Origin: an uncultured delta proteobacterium | Lineage (GTDB): Bacteria; Myxococcota_A; Polyangia; Polyangiales; Polyangiaceae | DNA length: 64,000 bases | Direction of reading: 5' to 3' | Assembly: GCA_963841435.1 (NCBI GenBank) | Contig: CAWJCS010000006.1 | Span: 928,001 to 992,000 of the forward strand | In this document: in pieces, positions 19,301-26,525 of the stretch | Layout of the letters: each line of letters opens with the position of its first letter | Numbering within the stretch: the first letter of the stretch is position 1 | Translations under genes and position numbers: made by a program | Notes under the pieces: model-generated | Seen by the model: the letters and a program-made list of their open reading frames with translations, nothing else | Told to the model about the DNA's origin: nothing | Databases searched by the model: none

Positions 19301-21756
19301 GCGATCGCGTGGCCGCGCGAGAGCGCTTCGAGATGGCGCTGGATCTCGATCCGACACACCTGCCGACGCTGGCCGCGCTGCGCACGATCGCCATCGACGA
19401 ATCGGACTGGGATCGTGCGGCCCGCTACCTCGAGCAGGAGCAGGCGAACACTTCTTCGCCTCGCGCTCGCGCGAAGTTGCTCGTCGAGCTCGGCAAGCTA
19501 CGCGACGAGATGCTCGGTGAGCACGAAGGCGCCGTGCAGGCCTGGGAGCTCGCGATTCAGGCGGACGATGACTGCGAGGATGCCGCCCTGCCGCTCGTGC
19601 AGGAATACATCCGCGTCGAGCGTTGGGCAGACGCCGAGCCGCTCGCGGAGATGCTCGTCAAGAAGAGCAAGGGTAGGGATCGGCAGGAGCAGCACGTGCT
19701 GCAGAAGCTGCACGGGAAGGTGCTTTCCGCCCTCGGGACCTACGACCGAGCGCTCAAGGCCTACCAGGCCGCCAACCAGCTCGACGTCACCGACCAGGAG
19801 TCGATCCGCGGCATCGCGGACGTGGCCTACCAGCTGCAGGATTGGCCGAGCGCGCTCACCAATTACCAGAAGGTGCTCACGGCCCTCGGCGAGGACGAGG
19901 TCGAGCAGCGCACCGACGTGTACTTCCGGCTCGGCAACATCAAGCGCGAGCAGAACCAGCCGCGCCAGGCGATCAACAACTACGAGAAGGCGCTGGCGCT
20001 CAACTCCGAGCACCGCCCCACGCTCGAAGCGCTCGTCGATGTGTACGCGAAATCGAACGACTGGAAGCAGGTGGCCGCTTATCGACGACAGATCCTCGAT
20101 AGCGTGGTCGACGGTGACGAGCGCTTCACGATTCTCAACACCATCGGAGACATCTGGAGCGAGAAGGAACGGAACCCGCACAAGGCGATCGAGGCACTCG
20201 AGGAAGCGCGCGATCTTCGCCCCCAGGACCACGTTCTCTTGCACAAGCTGCTCGCGCTCTATCAGCAAGCGAGCGAGTGGCAGAGCATGATCGATACGCT
20301 GCAATCGATAGCCGAGCTCGAGGAGCGCCCCGAGATCAAGGCTCGCTACATCTTCACGCAAGCCCAGATCTGCCGCGACAAGCTCGAGGATCAGGATCGT
20401 GCCGTGGAGCTCTTCAACGACGCTCTCGACCTGAATCCGAGCTACCTCGAGGCTTTCGAACGCATCAACAAGATCCTCACGGGCCAGAAGAACTGGAAGC
20501 AGCTCGAGCGCTCCTACCGGAAGATGATTCACCGCATCGCCGGCAAGGGAAACACCGATCTCGAGCACACCCTGTGGCATCAGCTCGGCCTCATCTATCG
20601 CGACCGACTCGGTCAGGCGGAAACGGCCATCGAAGCGTTCAAGATGGCGAGCGTCACCAAGCCGGATTCCACCGTCATTCATCAGATCCTCGCCGAGCTC
20701 TACGAGGTCAACGAGCGGTGGGACGACGGCATCGCCGAGCAGCGCGTCTTGCTCGCCGCAGACCCGCTCTCGATCGACGCCTACCGTGCCCTCTACCGGC
20801 TCTATCTCCACAAGCAGTCGTACGACGAGGCCTGGTGCCTCGCGGCGGCGATGGCCTTCTTGCGCAAGGCGGACGAGGAGGAGACGCGCTTCTTCGACGA
20901 CTATCGCCCTCAGGGGATCCTGCCCGTCAAGGGGCGCCTGTCGAACGACCTCTGGCAGAGCTCGGTTTTCCACGCCGAGGAGAACCTCTACATCTCGAAG
21001 ATCTTCGAGATGATCGCACCGGCGGCGTTGCAGGCGAAGATCGCGCAGCTTCAGGGGCAGGGGAAGCTCCCGGTGCTCGACAAGCGCTTCCGGCAGGACC
21101 CCGCGACCTCGACTGTCACGTTCGCGAAGACGTTTGGTTGGGCGGCCCAGGTGCTCGGCATCCAGCCGCCGGACCTTTACGTGCGCAACGACGTGCCGGG
21201 CGCGATCGTCGCCGTCCCCGCGTCGCCGCCCGCGTCGGTCGCCGGTCAGACGGTGCTCACGGGCTTCCAGCCGCAAGAACTGACGTTCATGTGCGGCAAG
21301 CATCTGTCGCACTACCGCGGCGAGCACTACATCCGGACGCTGTTCCCGACGCAGGCCGAGCTCACCATCATGCTCTTCGCCGGCGTGATGATCGCCTCGC
21401 CGAACACGCCGATGCCGCAGGACATGGCCGCTCAGATCCGCGCGACGGCACAAGAGCTTGCCAAGCACATCCAGCCCGTGCAGCTCGAAGGCCTGAGGAT
21501 GGTGGTGAAGCGTTTCATCGACGAGGGCGCGAAGGCCAACATCAAGCGCTGGAATCAGTCCGTGGAGCTCACCGCATGCCGCGCGGGTCTCATCGTGTCG
21601 GGTGATCTCGAGGTCGCGAAGAAGATCCTGAGCGCCGAGCAGCAGCTTCCGGGTGATCTTTCGGCTGCGGACAAGATGAAGGAGCTCTTGCTCTATTCCG
21701 TGAGCGAAGAGTATTCGCTCGTGCGCAAGGCCCTCGGCGTCGCCGTCGCGGCCTGA
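10396..21756 (+). CDS. gltI: Giant TPR protein, GltI/AgmK-like (3786 aa)
   Basis: Uninterrupted 11.4-kb ORF of TPR-like repeats (A...Y..VL..DP....AL..L..LY....W..L), a Pro/Ala-rich linker near 11500-11760, no signal peptide, and size and position matching AgmK/GltI. Confidence 0.7.
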   Translation: MDLEQRLKQLTSYHDWQGVVEALEQGVAAASDSGTKADLHLRLGRVLRVRFLQGVRALKHFQDAYKLNPALLEALAEARGIYWDLGKLNMVQKLLELQLKGTPDGPVRAALQRELGDVLCDLGEYDRAAEAYAKALQATSGDPGDLPEVLQDVQVGEREWQDRVSGILSAAHGSSDAAEKATLFMRASRLARRFAPTEVEGMLAQAYTANPADVRAAAIFEGFLTEQQRTGAILDTQKAALEATSDEQERAAAAYLFGSRWALRHQNLEVGAELVESSLRLDPTREEGFTFLRDVYGARGGDWDRVISLADELADRSNHGTNVAHLLAQAGLIAWKERGDLNKARRLFERLAVVDGKQPALQAFEAQIGESLRGDKPAEPATKSRRSKRPPKGEAKSDPQPEAASAPAAAAEPAPEEPVEAAAAPPDRPPAASATTPPEPEPEPDAPSQDDAVVTDLRAKLAQQSAAKRHHEYVKTLIALGDALADPVERVESYLAAADLYATKFANQAEAARAYEKVLEIEPTQEQAISYLREAYEKRRDWEKLIALMVREAETLTEGAERAAKFKEVALLATDKVKKPEVCIDLWAVVLANDAEDADALNSLAGLYERARDYEKLADVLTTLAELTYDTAQKVDVLNRLGQVTGDRLKDDERAVEAYRTLLTLQPDDRRAQEQLKKRYVTLGRWDDLEVFYAESGKWDEFIRVLESNETRATDEAQRISMLMKIAELWLTQKGKMDRAARSYEKVLSLDATNLAAAERLIPLYQNANNPKGLSQAIEVKLGHVGDGEERLALLREAATLYETRLNDKAKAFERYLSAFSLAPADPQSQADMERAAKASGGWEAVIEAYRAAIAGAAGAPVESELRLRLGRALVEEVARVDEALEEYRAVYESDPENETALSALEGLYRHSERWRDLLEVYGKKRDLARDAAERKRILYEIAGIHEQQLGDLESAIETHQAVLEDDPADEGSLAALDALYLSAKNWSQYVDVLRKRIDLSADDRLLIDLKHRLAGALHDHLHDPSGALENYREILFLDADHEGARLALEAMLAEKPLRAEAAAILEAIYEARADWDKLIGVLEILAKESDDLDRRVMLLRKIGATAATQLGRSDRAIEALAQAVQADPANMDSRGELEVLAQHAGAWDRLIEIYAAVASELSDAALARDYWLRLASIQEQLEKVVDAARSYERVLSLAPGDPEALQAIDALYRRTERWEDLVGVFRRRIELVEDAGEREALYGQMAQVYEDKLGKPDEAIQAYREVLALDPTSRVALDALDGLFTRRSSWAELAENLEVQLGLAESDDAQLRLMLRLAALREREMGDVESAVEGYRAVLDRDPTNAEALGALERLAGQEAYALTIAEILEPLYRSHGDHQKLIRVHEVQVLQTEDPQRRVELLHQIAALQEDAGGDPAAAFETMARALAVEPAHADTQQALERLARVTGRLLDLARVYEELAGKQADPELGSQLYAAAARIFDEDVPNVDRSIELYQHVLSIDPTNLQAAEALQALFQGAERYADMSVILQRKAGMLEDVEAQKDALYQAALLEEEVLDRSREAIAVYLKVLDSDAEDIRSIDALIKLYLSLSAWEELLGVYTKKVDLLFDPGEKKLILYQVGAVFERELTDVRRAIDTYQRVLELDPDDLTALSRLDVLYQSAENWNELLGVLTHEAELTQDPIEAVSYQYRIAELYERHLNDVERAVELYRETLNILPDHAPTLAALEGIKDGTRAPLAAASVLEPVYESIGEWGKLISVLEVQQRATDDPFVRVELLHRIARLYEESLVDPVHAFETYARAVGVDSQNEDSLGALERLAMLIERWPAVAALYDAELEKLGGDPTLFVDLGLRVAQVYEVQLENVDAAVSRYRKVLELDPENQSAVRSLDRLFTQTERWADLAEILKTEAEVGQSPDEILEFKHRLGQIYQTRLGDLDGAIDAYREVINAAPEHDDTVRALEALFESGVKRLEIGRILEPLYQASSEWEKLIRVREAELAHTTDPEERIGLYHKIAEDAEERLLDPVLAFNVHVRAVREAPLDERTGVEIERLASMLDGGWEPLANAYADVLGIEALDAATQAVVGKRLARVFEEELADVAKAEETYRYVLTISPQESEALGHLDRIYSSLEQWPELAGVLEQRALVADDTLEKVELYTRLGQVYEEHLGQVTDAVRAYRRIFDELEPANAFAIEALSRIYVQTENWQELQKVYERELDNAAGDVQEAEIRARMAHLAAERLSSVDTAIEGWKRVLDLRGEDPEALGALAGLYEQQGQWAELTDVLERHFDIAETDEDRVQVLVRRARLFAEQLNRDGEALETWQRVLDIDFSNVAALRAVANVWRTRQDPNELVAALHATIDRAAALLEPEELREVYRELGRTYGGVLEQPFEAAEAWRHLLDVDAGDFEAMAELEKIYRMDQRWPDVVNVKMQRADALAEPAEKIRELLEVGEIWKTEVHDDDQATPAFEKILSVDPGHTDAFEALERLHNAAERWEPLIELYLGRLDSRETVEEKSDLLRRIAHVFEEKLSDKNQAFDALVNAFSEDFSDDETARFLERTAQATGRWSELINSANAWLQEQEDGKKRIQLCLRLGKWYGEDLGHPEYAQPYYQQIMSLDPNNVQVLRQMAAIHRLGAQWQRVGETLQRALDVAVANDDRKIILVDLGELLEKNMGQSDQGIAYYKRALEVDSLYLPALTALERIYDERESHSELVQILASKVQALSDGEQIAATKLRMAGLYEQTLNEFERAGKVYREVLEVDSGNLVALRGLERVSERLQDWPELVGILERQLEVVETERERVEVLLKLAQIQEEHFLKFDLAAQRLEQALEISPAEERAYVALARCYRRLKQWLDLINAYERHISEAASVATKIEIYAAIAQVFSDEVGDVDRAIDAYRSIVDLDESNVAALDALSKLYEKQGDAAQAIDAMTRVADLTTDGSQRVDMYFRIGKALDEKLGDRVAARERFEMALDLDPTHLPTLAALRTIAIDESDWDRAARYLEQEQANTSSPRARAKLLVELGKLRDEMLGEHEGAVQAWELAIQADDDCEDAALPLVQEYIRVERWADAEPLAEMLVKKSKGRDRQEQHVLQKLHGKVLSALGTYDRALKAYQAANQLDVTDQESIRGIADVAYQLQDWPSALTNYQKVLTALGEDEVEQRTDVYFRLGNIKREQNQPRQAINNYEKALALNSEHRPTLEALVDVYAKSNDWKQVAAYRRQILDSVVDGDERFTILNTIGDIWSEKERNPHKAIEALEEARDLRPQDHVLLHKLLALYQQASEWQSMIDTLQSIAELEERPEIKARYIFTQAQICRDKLEDQDRAVELFNDALDLNPSYLEAFERINKILTGQKNWKQLERSYRKMIHRIAGKGNTDLEHTLWHQLGLIYRDRLGQAETAIEAFKMASVTKPDSTVIHQILAELYEVNERWDDGIAEQRVLLAADPLSIDAYRALYRLYLHKQSYDEAWCLAAAMAFLRKADEEETRFFDDYRPQGILPVKGRLSNDLWQSSVFHAEENLYISKIFEMIAPAALQAKIAQLQGQGKLPVLDKRFRQDPATSTVTFAKTFGWAAQVLGIQPPDLYVRNDVPGAIVAVPASPPASVAGQTVLTGFQPQELTFMCGKHLSHYRGEHYIRTLFPTQAELTIMLFAGVMIASPNTPMPQDMAAQIRATAQELAKHIQPVQLEGLRMVVKRFIDEGAKANIKRWNQSVELTACRAGLIVSGDLEVAKKILSAEQQLPGDLSAADKMKELLLYSVSEEYSLVRKALGVAVAA

Positions 21757-21812
21757 GCGCGACGTGACCGAAACGGTTCTGCGACGAGGCGCGCCGAAGG
21801 GGCGCTCTCGCG

Positions 21813-22481
21813 TCACTTGCCGGGCGTATCGAACCCGATGCTGATGCCCATTACGAGCGACGCGCGGATGGTGCCCGTGCTCGAGCCCGACGCGAACAGG
21901 TGACCGAGCTCGAGCTCGACCCAGGGCCCGAGGCTCAGGTTGCTCGTCGCGTAGTAATCGCCGCCGAGGCCGAGGCGCAGCCACTCGACTCCCGAAAGGT
22001 CGGTCGTCGTGGTGCCGCGCGTCGCACGCGCCGTCCGATAGTCGATGCCGAGCAGGATCCAGGGATCGAAGCGCGTCCCCTGGACGACGTGGTAGCGGAC
22101 GAACGGCCCGATCGCGTAGGTGCGAGCGCTGCACGCGGGGCACGCCGAGGCGCCGCCGTGCGACAAGTACTGACCCCACACGCCGACAGCGACATCACGC
22201 GCGATGCCGTAGGCGGCGTCAACGTTCGCGCCGTAGCCGACACGAAGGTCGTGAGCGGGCAGGCGCTCGCCGAACCCGCCGAAGATGGTCGCGAGGCCGG
22301 GACTGACGCCGAGCGAGAGGTGCCCTGCGAGCAGGTCGGGTGCCGCAGGGACGTATGGTCGGTCCGGCTCACCGTCCGCTTCGGCGGGGTTGGGCGCCGT
22401 CGAAGCGGCTGGGGCCCCGAGCGCGTGCCCGACGGACGAGAGCACGAACAGGCCGAAGAGCGAGGAGAGAAGGGCACGCAT
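21813..22481 (-). CDS. Putative outer-membrane beta-barrel protein
   Basis: Signal peptide MRALLSSLFGLFVLSSVGHALG, then alternating amphipathic strands rich in Gly/Tyr (YGANVDAAYG, IGPFVRYH, LRLGLGGDYY, LGPWVELELG). Confidence 0.6.
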   Translation of the reverse strand: MRALLSSLFGLFVLSSVGHALGAPAASTAPNPAEADGEPDRPYVPAAPDLLAGHLSLGVSPGLATIFGGFGERLPAHDLRVGYGANVDAAYGIARDVAVGVWGQYLSHGGASACPACSARTYAIGPFVRYHVVQGTRFDPWILLGIDYRTARATRGTTTTDLSGVEWLRLGLGGDYYATSNLSLGPWVELELGHLFASGSSTGTIRASLVMGISIGFDTPGK

Positions 22482-22588
22482 GGGCGAGGAGGGTGGGGGA
22501 GCCTTACCACCGCCGAACGGCGCGTGAAAACCCCAAACGGCGCGCGCGGCCCACGCAACCGGCGCCACGCTCGGCCGATTTGCCCGGC

Positions 22589-23965
22589 GTGACCGACGAA
22601 CCCGCCTCGGACCGGACCGCGGACACGCTCGAGGTCGTGCGTTTGCCGACGCGCGCGGCCGTGGCGATCGACATTGGCGCGCCGGGCGAGCGCTTCAGCG
22701 TGGAGCTGACGGCGGGACGCGCCGTCGTGCTCGGCAGCGGGCGGGACGCCGACGTGCGCGTTCCGGACCGAACGGTGAGTGCGCGTCACTGCAGCGTGCG
22801 CGCCGACGCCGGGGGCGTGGAGGTCGTCAACCTCGGGTCCAAAAATGGACTCTTCGTGGGCGCGGCCCGTCTTTCGTCGGCGTGGCTCGTCGAAGACGGA
22901 GCAACGTTCGTGATCGGCACGACGAGCGTGACGACGCGTTCGCGCGCTCGACCCGATAGCGTCGCGCCCCCCAGCGTGCCCGGGCTCGTCGGCACCTCGC
23001 CGGCCATGCGGCGCGTTGCACGGCAGATCGCGTTGCACGCCAAGACTCGCGCGAGCGTTCTTTTCCAAGGAGAATCGGGCACCGGCAAGGACGTCGCGGC
23101 TCGCGCGTTGCACCTGCTCAGCGGGCGCAAGGGGCGCTACGTGCCGCTCAACGTCGGGGCCTTTCCCGACGCGCTTTTCGATGCGGAGCTCTTCGGCCAC
23201 CGCCGTGGCGCCTACACGGGCGCCGTCGCGAGCCGGCCCGGCGCCTTCGAACTCGCTCACGGTGGCACGTTGTTTCTCGACGAGGTCGCCGAGCTGACCG
23301 CGGCCGCGCAGGTCAAGTTGCTTCGAGTCGTCGAGGACGGTTGCGTGCGGCCGCTCGGTGCTTCACAGCCCGTTCAGGTCGACGTCCGAGTGGCGGCCGC
23401 GAGCTGGGCGTCGCTCGCCGAGCGTGCGTCACAACAGCGCTTCCGTCTGGATCTGTTCCACCGTCTGGCCACGGTCACCATCGTGCTGCCGCCGCTCCGG
23501 CAGCGCACGGGCGACATCCCCGCGCTTTCGCGCGAGCTCCTCGCACGCCTCGAGCCCGACGTCGGGCCCAAGCGCCTCACCGCATCGGCCTTCGCACGGC
23601 TCGCCGCGCATGCTTGGCCCGGCAACGTGCGCGAGCTCTCGGCTGCGCTCTATCGCGCGGCGGTGGCGGCTGGCGAGGAGATCGACGCCTGCCACCTCGA
23701 GCTGCCCGCGCCGCCGATGGGGCTGCCTGGACGCCCTGGTCCGAGCGATGCGCTCGAGCTCATTGCTCGCCACGGCTCCGTGAGTGGCGCGGCGCGCGCA
23801 GCAGGCATCCCGCGTAGCACGCTGCGCGCCTGGCTTTCGAAGGAGCGTCAGAATCGACCGACGACGTTGATCGAGCCCATGCCCGGGGCAAACTCGGGCA
23901 GGACCGCGAACCTGGGAACCGACGACGACGCGGAAGCGGACTCGTGCGGGGCCGTCGTGAAGTAG
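22589..23965 (+). CDS. FHA-domain sigma54-dependent enhancer-binding protein
   Basis: FHA (VLGSG...DRTVSARHC...GSKNG), Walker A GESGTGKD, GAYTGA loop, Walker B TLFLDEV, WPGNVREL and a Fis-type HTH. Start codon is uncertain (GTG 22589). Confidence 0.85.
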   Translation: MTDEPASDRTADTLEVVRLPTRAAVAIDIGAPGERFSVELTAGRAVVLGSGRDADVRVPDRTVSARHCSVRADAGGVEVVNLGSKNGLFVGAARLSSAWLVEDGATFVIGTTSVTTRSRARPDSVAPPSVPGLVGTSPAMRRVARQIALHAKTRASVLFQGESGTGKDVAARALHLLSGRKGRYVPLNVGAFPDALFDAELFGHRRGAYTGAVASRPGAFELAHGGTLFLDEVAELTAAAQVKLLRVVEDGCVRPLGASQPVQVDVRVAAASWASLAERASQQRFRLDLFHRLATVTIVLPPLRQRTGDIPALSRELLARLEPDVGPKRLTASAFARLAAHAWPGNVRELSAALYRAAVAAGEEIDACHLELPAPPMGLPGRPGPSDALELIARHGSVSGAARAAGIPRSTLRAWLSKERQNRPTTLIEPMPGANSGRTANLGTDDDAEADSCGAVVK

Positions 23966-25005
23966 AGCACGACCGTCGTCACCGCCAAAACGCCCGCGCC
24001 GATGCCGGACACGATGGCGAACGTCTTGAACGAATCACCCCGATCGACGCTGTTCTGGTGTTGCGAGCACGCGTCGTTGTATTGGGCAGCGCGCGCGGCG
24101 ATGTCCCCCATGTACATCGCCTGCGTCAGCACGAGCTTCGGATCGGTGCAGATGCCCCGCGTCGGAGCGCTGTCTTCGCGAGCGTGGTCCTCGATCTGCC
24201 GGCCGATGTCGTCGGCGTCGCTGTACGCGAGGCTAGAGACGATGGCGAATGCGCCGGCACCCAGCCCGAGCAACACGGTGGCGCCCGCGGGGATGACCCC
24301 GGCCGGCTTCGTGGTCACCCAGTGCAGAAATGGCTCGCGCCCACCCGAGGTGGCCTCCTCGGACGGCTCCTCGGAGTGGGTGCTCGAGGCTTTCTCCTCC
24401 GACGAGGGCGCGGCGCCGGTCGCGGCGACGGCGGGGGCCTCGGCCGCCAGGGAGACCCGAGTCTCCCTGGACTCGCCGGCCTTGATGCTGACGTTTTGAC
24501 TGGCCGAGCGCTCGCCCTTCCTCGCTTCGATGCCGTGGCTGCCGGGTTCCAGGTAGACGGGGCCGGGTAGCGGAGCGAGGCCCTGCATCGTTCCGTCGAT
24601 GACGATCTCGGCGCCGCTGTCCGCCACGACTGAAAGCTCCCCCACGCTGGCCTTGGCGGTGGTGAGCCCGGACTGGGCCGCCTCCCGCTCGGCAGGCGAC
24701 GCGTCCGTCGCTTCGCGCAGGTAGCTCGCGAAGTGCTCGGCGGCGTCACGTTCGTGGCTCGAGCGCAGCTCGCTCTGCGCCAGGTTGAGCAGCACGGCCG
24801 GGTGCTTCTTGAGCGCGTAGGCCTGGACGAACGCCGCACGCGCCTTCTCGTACTGTTTCTGGTCGAAGTAGCTCACGCCCTCTTTGAAGCGCTCGCGCGC
24901 GGCCGCCGTGGCGGTGGCGTCCTCCTCGGCACGGGCGTGGCTCGAAAGGGCGAGGCAGGCAGCGAGCACACACGCGCCAAGGGATCGACGGGGGGACTTC
25001 AACAC
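23848..25005 (-). CDS. Secreted TPR + PEGA domain protein with C-terminal hydrophobic segments
   Basis: Signal peptide ending SHARA, TPR (ARERFKEGVSYF...LLNLAQSE), PEGA (GAEIVIDG...PLPGPVYLEPGSHGIEARK), two hydrophobic helices and terminal GSINVVGRF. Confidence 0.8.
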   Translation of the reverse strand: MLKSPRRSLGACVLAACLALSSHARAEEDATATAAARERFKEGVSYFDQKQYEKARAAFVQAYALKKHPAVLLNLAQSELRSSHERDAAEHFASYLREATDASPAEREAAQSGLTTAKASVGELSVVADSGAEIVIDGTMQGLAPLPGPVYLEPGSHGIEARKGERSASQNVSIKAGESRETRVSLAAEAPAVAATGAAPSSEEKASSTHSEEPSEEATSGGREPFLHWVTTKPAGVIPAGATVLLGLGAGAFAIVSSLAYSDADDIGRQIEDHAREDSAPTRGICTDPKLVLTQAMYMGDIAARAAQYNDACSQHQNSVDRGDSFKTFAIVSGIGAGVLAVTTVVLYFTTAPHESASASSSVPRFAVLPEFAPGMGSINVVGRF

Positions 25006-25093
25006 GGCTCTCGAGAGTAGGCGACTCGACGGCCGGAGCGCTAGGGGAGCCTCGGGGCCGTGGTCGGTGCTCGGTGGGCGGTGGCGCAGATCA

Positions 25094-26452
25094 TCAGAAG
25101 GGGTTGTCACGGACAATGACGCTCGAGGCCTTGCCGGCCTTCGCGGACGAGCCGCTCGAGGGCTTGGAGGCGGTTGGTCTCGGTTTGGACGTGCGGCTTG
25201 GGCTCGAGGTCGTCCGGCGGGTGGACGCGACCTCGGGCTTTGCTTCGTCGCCCGCCGCCACTGCGGGCTCGGCGGAGGCGGGCCCGGCCGGAGTGACCTC
25301 GGGCTCCTCGGGCGCCAAGCTCGGCGCCTCCGGGGCCGCGCCGGGGCTCTCTGCCGCAGTGTCGGCAGCGGGGCCGGGGGGAGGCGGAGCGAGCGAGTCG
25401 GCAGCGGGTGCGCGGGCCTGCGGAGCAGGGGGCGCACCCATCCCGACGGCCTCGTCTGGGGGGGCTCCCTTGCCTCGCATCGCGAGCAGCGCGGCGCCCG
25501 CCATCCCGCCGAGCGCGACCACGAGGATCCCCACGACGAGCCCCGTGCGCCGCCGCGGCGGCCTGAACGCGAGCTCGTCGGTAGCGTTCGCGACGGGCGC
25601 TGCACGGACGGCGGGCATGCGCGTCATCGTCTGAGCGCTGCGAGCGCGATGGTGTGCTTCGAGCCGCGCCCGAGCTTCCGCCTCCATGCGCTGCACGTCC
25701 TCGGTGAGCAGCACCGGCGGCGCGTTCTGATCGGGCGGGGTGTACTTCTGACCGATGCCGCTCGGCTTCGATTCCGGTGGAAGCTCCTCGATGTCCACCG
25801 CCATGGGCGGCTCGGACCCCACCGCGGTGCGCGCGACCGCTGCCGGCGCTGCAGGCGGGGTGGGCATGGCTGCCGGGGCCACGGGCGAGGTCGTCTTCAC
25901 GCGGGAAACCGCCTCGGGAGCCGCGTGTGGCACGGTGGCCCTGAATGCGGGCGCGGCGGGCTCGGGCTCGGGGGCTCCCAGATCTTCGGCGGGCAGCTCC
26001 CAATCGAGATCGTCGCTCGTTGCCGGAGGGGCCGGGGCGCGCGCGGGAGAAGCTGCGGCGCCTTGCGGCGTCGCTAAAGGCCGCGCGCGTAGCGCATCCG
26101 GAGCGATCCCCACGAGCGTCGGACGGCGCACGGTCCCGGCTGGCTTTCCGGGCGTCGGTTGCGCCGGAGCGGCGGCGCTCGTCGCCGCGCCTCCGGGCGC
26201 TCCGAGTGGCGCGGTCTTCGAGAAGACGTTCGGCGCGGGAATCGGCGCGGCGGGCGTTGACGCTCCGGTGTTGCGTGCCGCGCCGGGTACCGCTCCGCCG
26301 ACGAGCGTCTGCTTCAGCGGGTGAAGCGGCGCCTGCTCCTGCCGCGCGGGTGGCTCCGGCTCCCAGCTCGGTCGAAATCGCTCTGAGAGGCGGTCCGCGT
26401 CCTCAGCCGACAGCGCCCCGGAAGCGGGCCGATTGGAGTTGCTTTCGGCCAT
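25094..26452 (-). CDS. Pro/Ala-rich single-pass membrane protein ending in VIVRDNPF
   Basis: Long low-complexity N-terminus, TM after RRR (TGLVVGILVVALGGMAGAALLAM) and a Pro-rich C-terminal region. Confidence 0.7.
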   Translation of the reverse strand: MAESNSNRPASGALSAEDADRLSERFRPSWEPEPPARQEQAPLHPLKQTLVGGAVPGAARNTGASTPAAPIPAPNVFSKTAPLGAPGGAATSAAAPAQPTPGKPAGTVRRPTLVGIAPDALRARPLATPQGAAASPARAPAPPATSDDLDWELPAEDLGAPEPEPAAPAFRATVPHAAPEAVSRVKTTSPVAPAAMPTPPAAPAAVARTAVGSEPPMAVDIEELPPESKPSGIGQKYTPPDQNAPPVLLTEDVQRMEAEARARLEAHHRARSAQTMTRMPAVRAAPVANATDELAFRPPRRRTGLVVGILVVALGGMAGAALLAMRGKGAPPDEAVGMGAPPAPQARAPAADSLAPPPPGPAADTAAESPGAAPEAPSLAPEEPEVTPAGPASAEPAVAAGDEAKPEVASTRRTTSSPSRTSKPRPTASKPSSGSSAKAGKASSVIVRDNPF

Positions 26453-26525
26453 ACCGTCTTACCAAGGTACCATTGTGAGCCGGGTCGGCGCAAACGCGTC
26501 CACCCCATCGGGCAGGTAAAATAAG

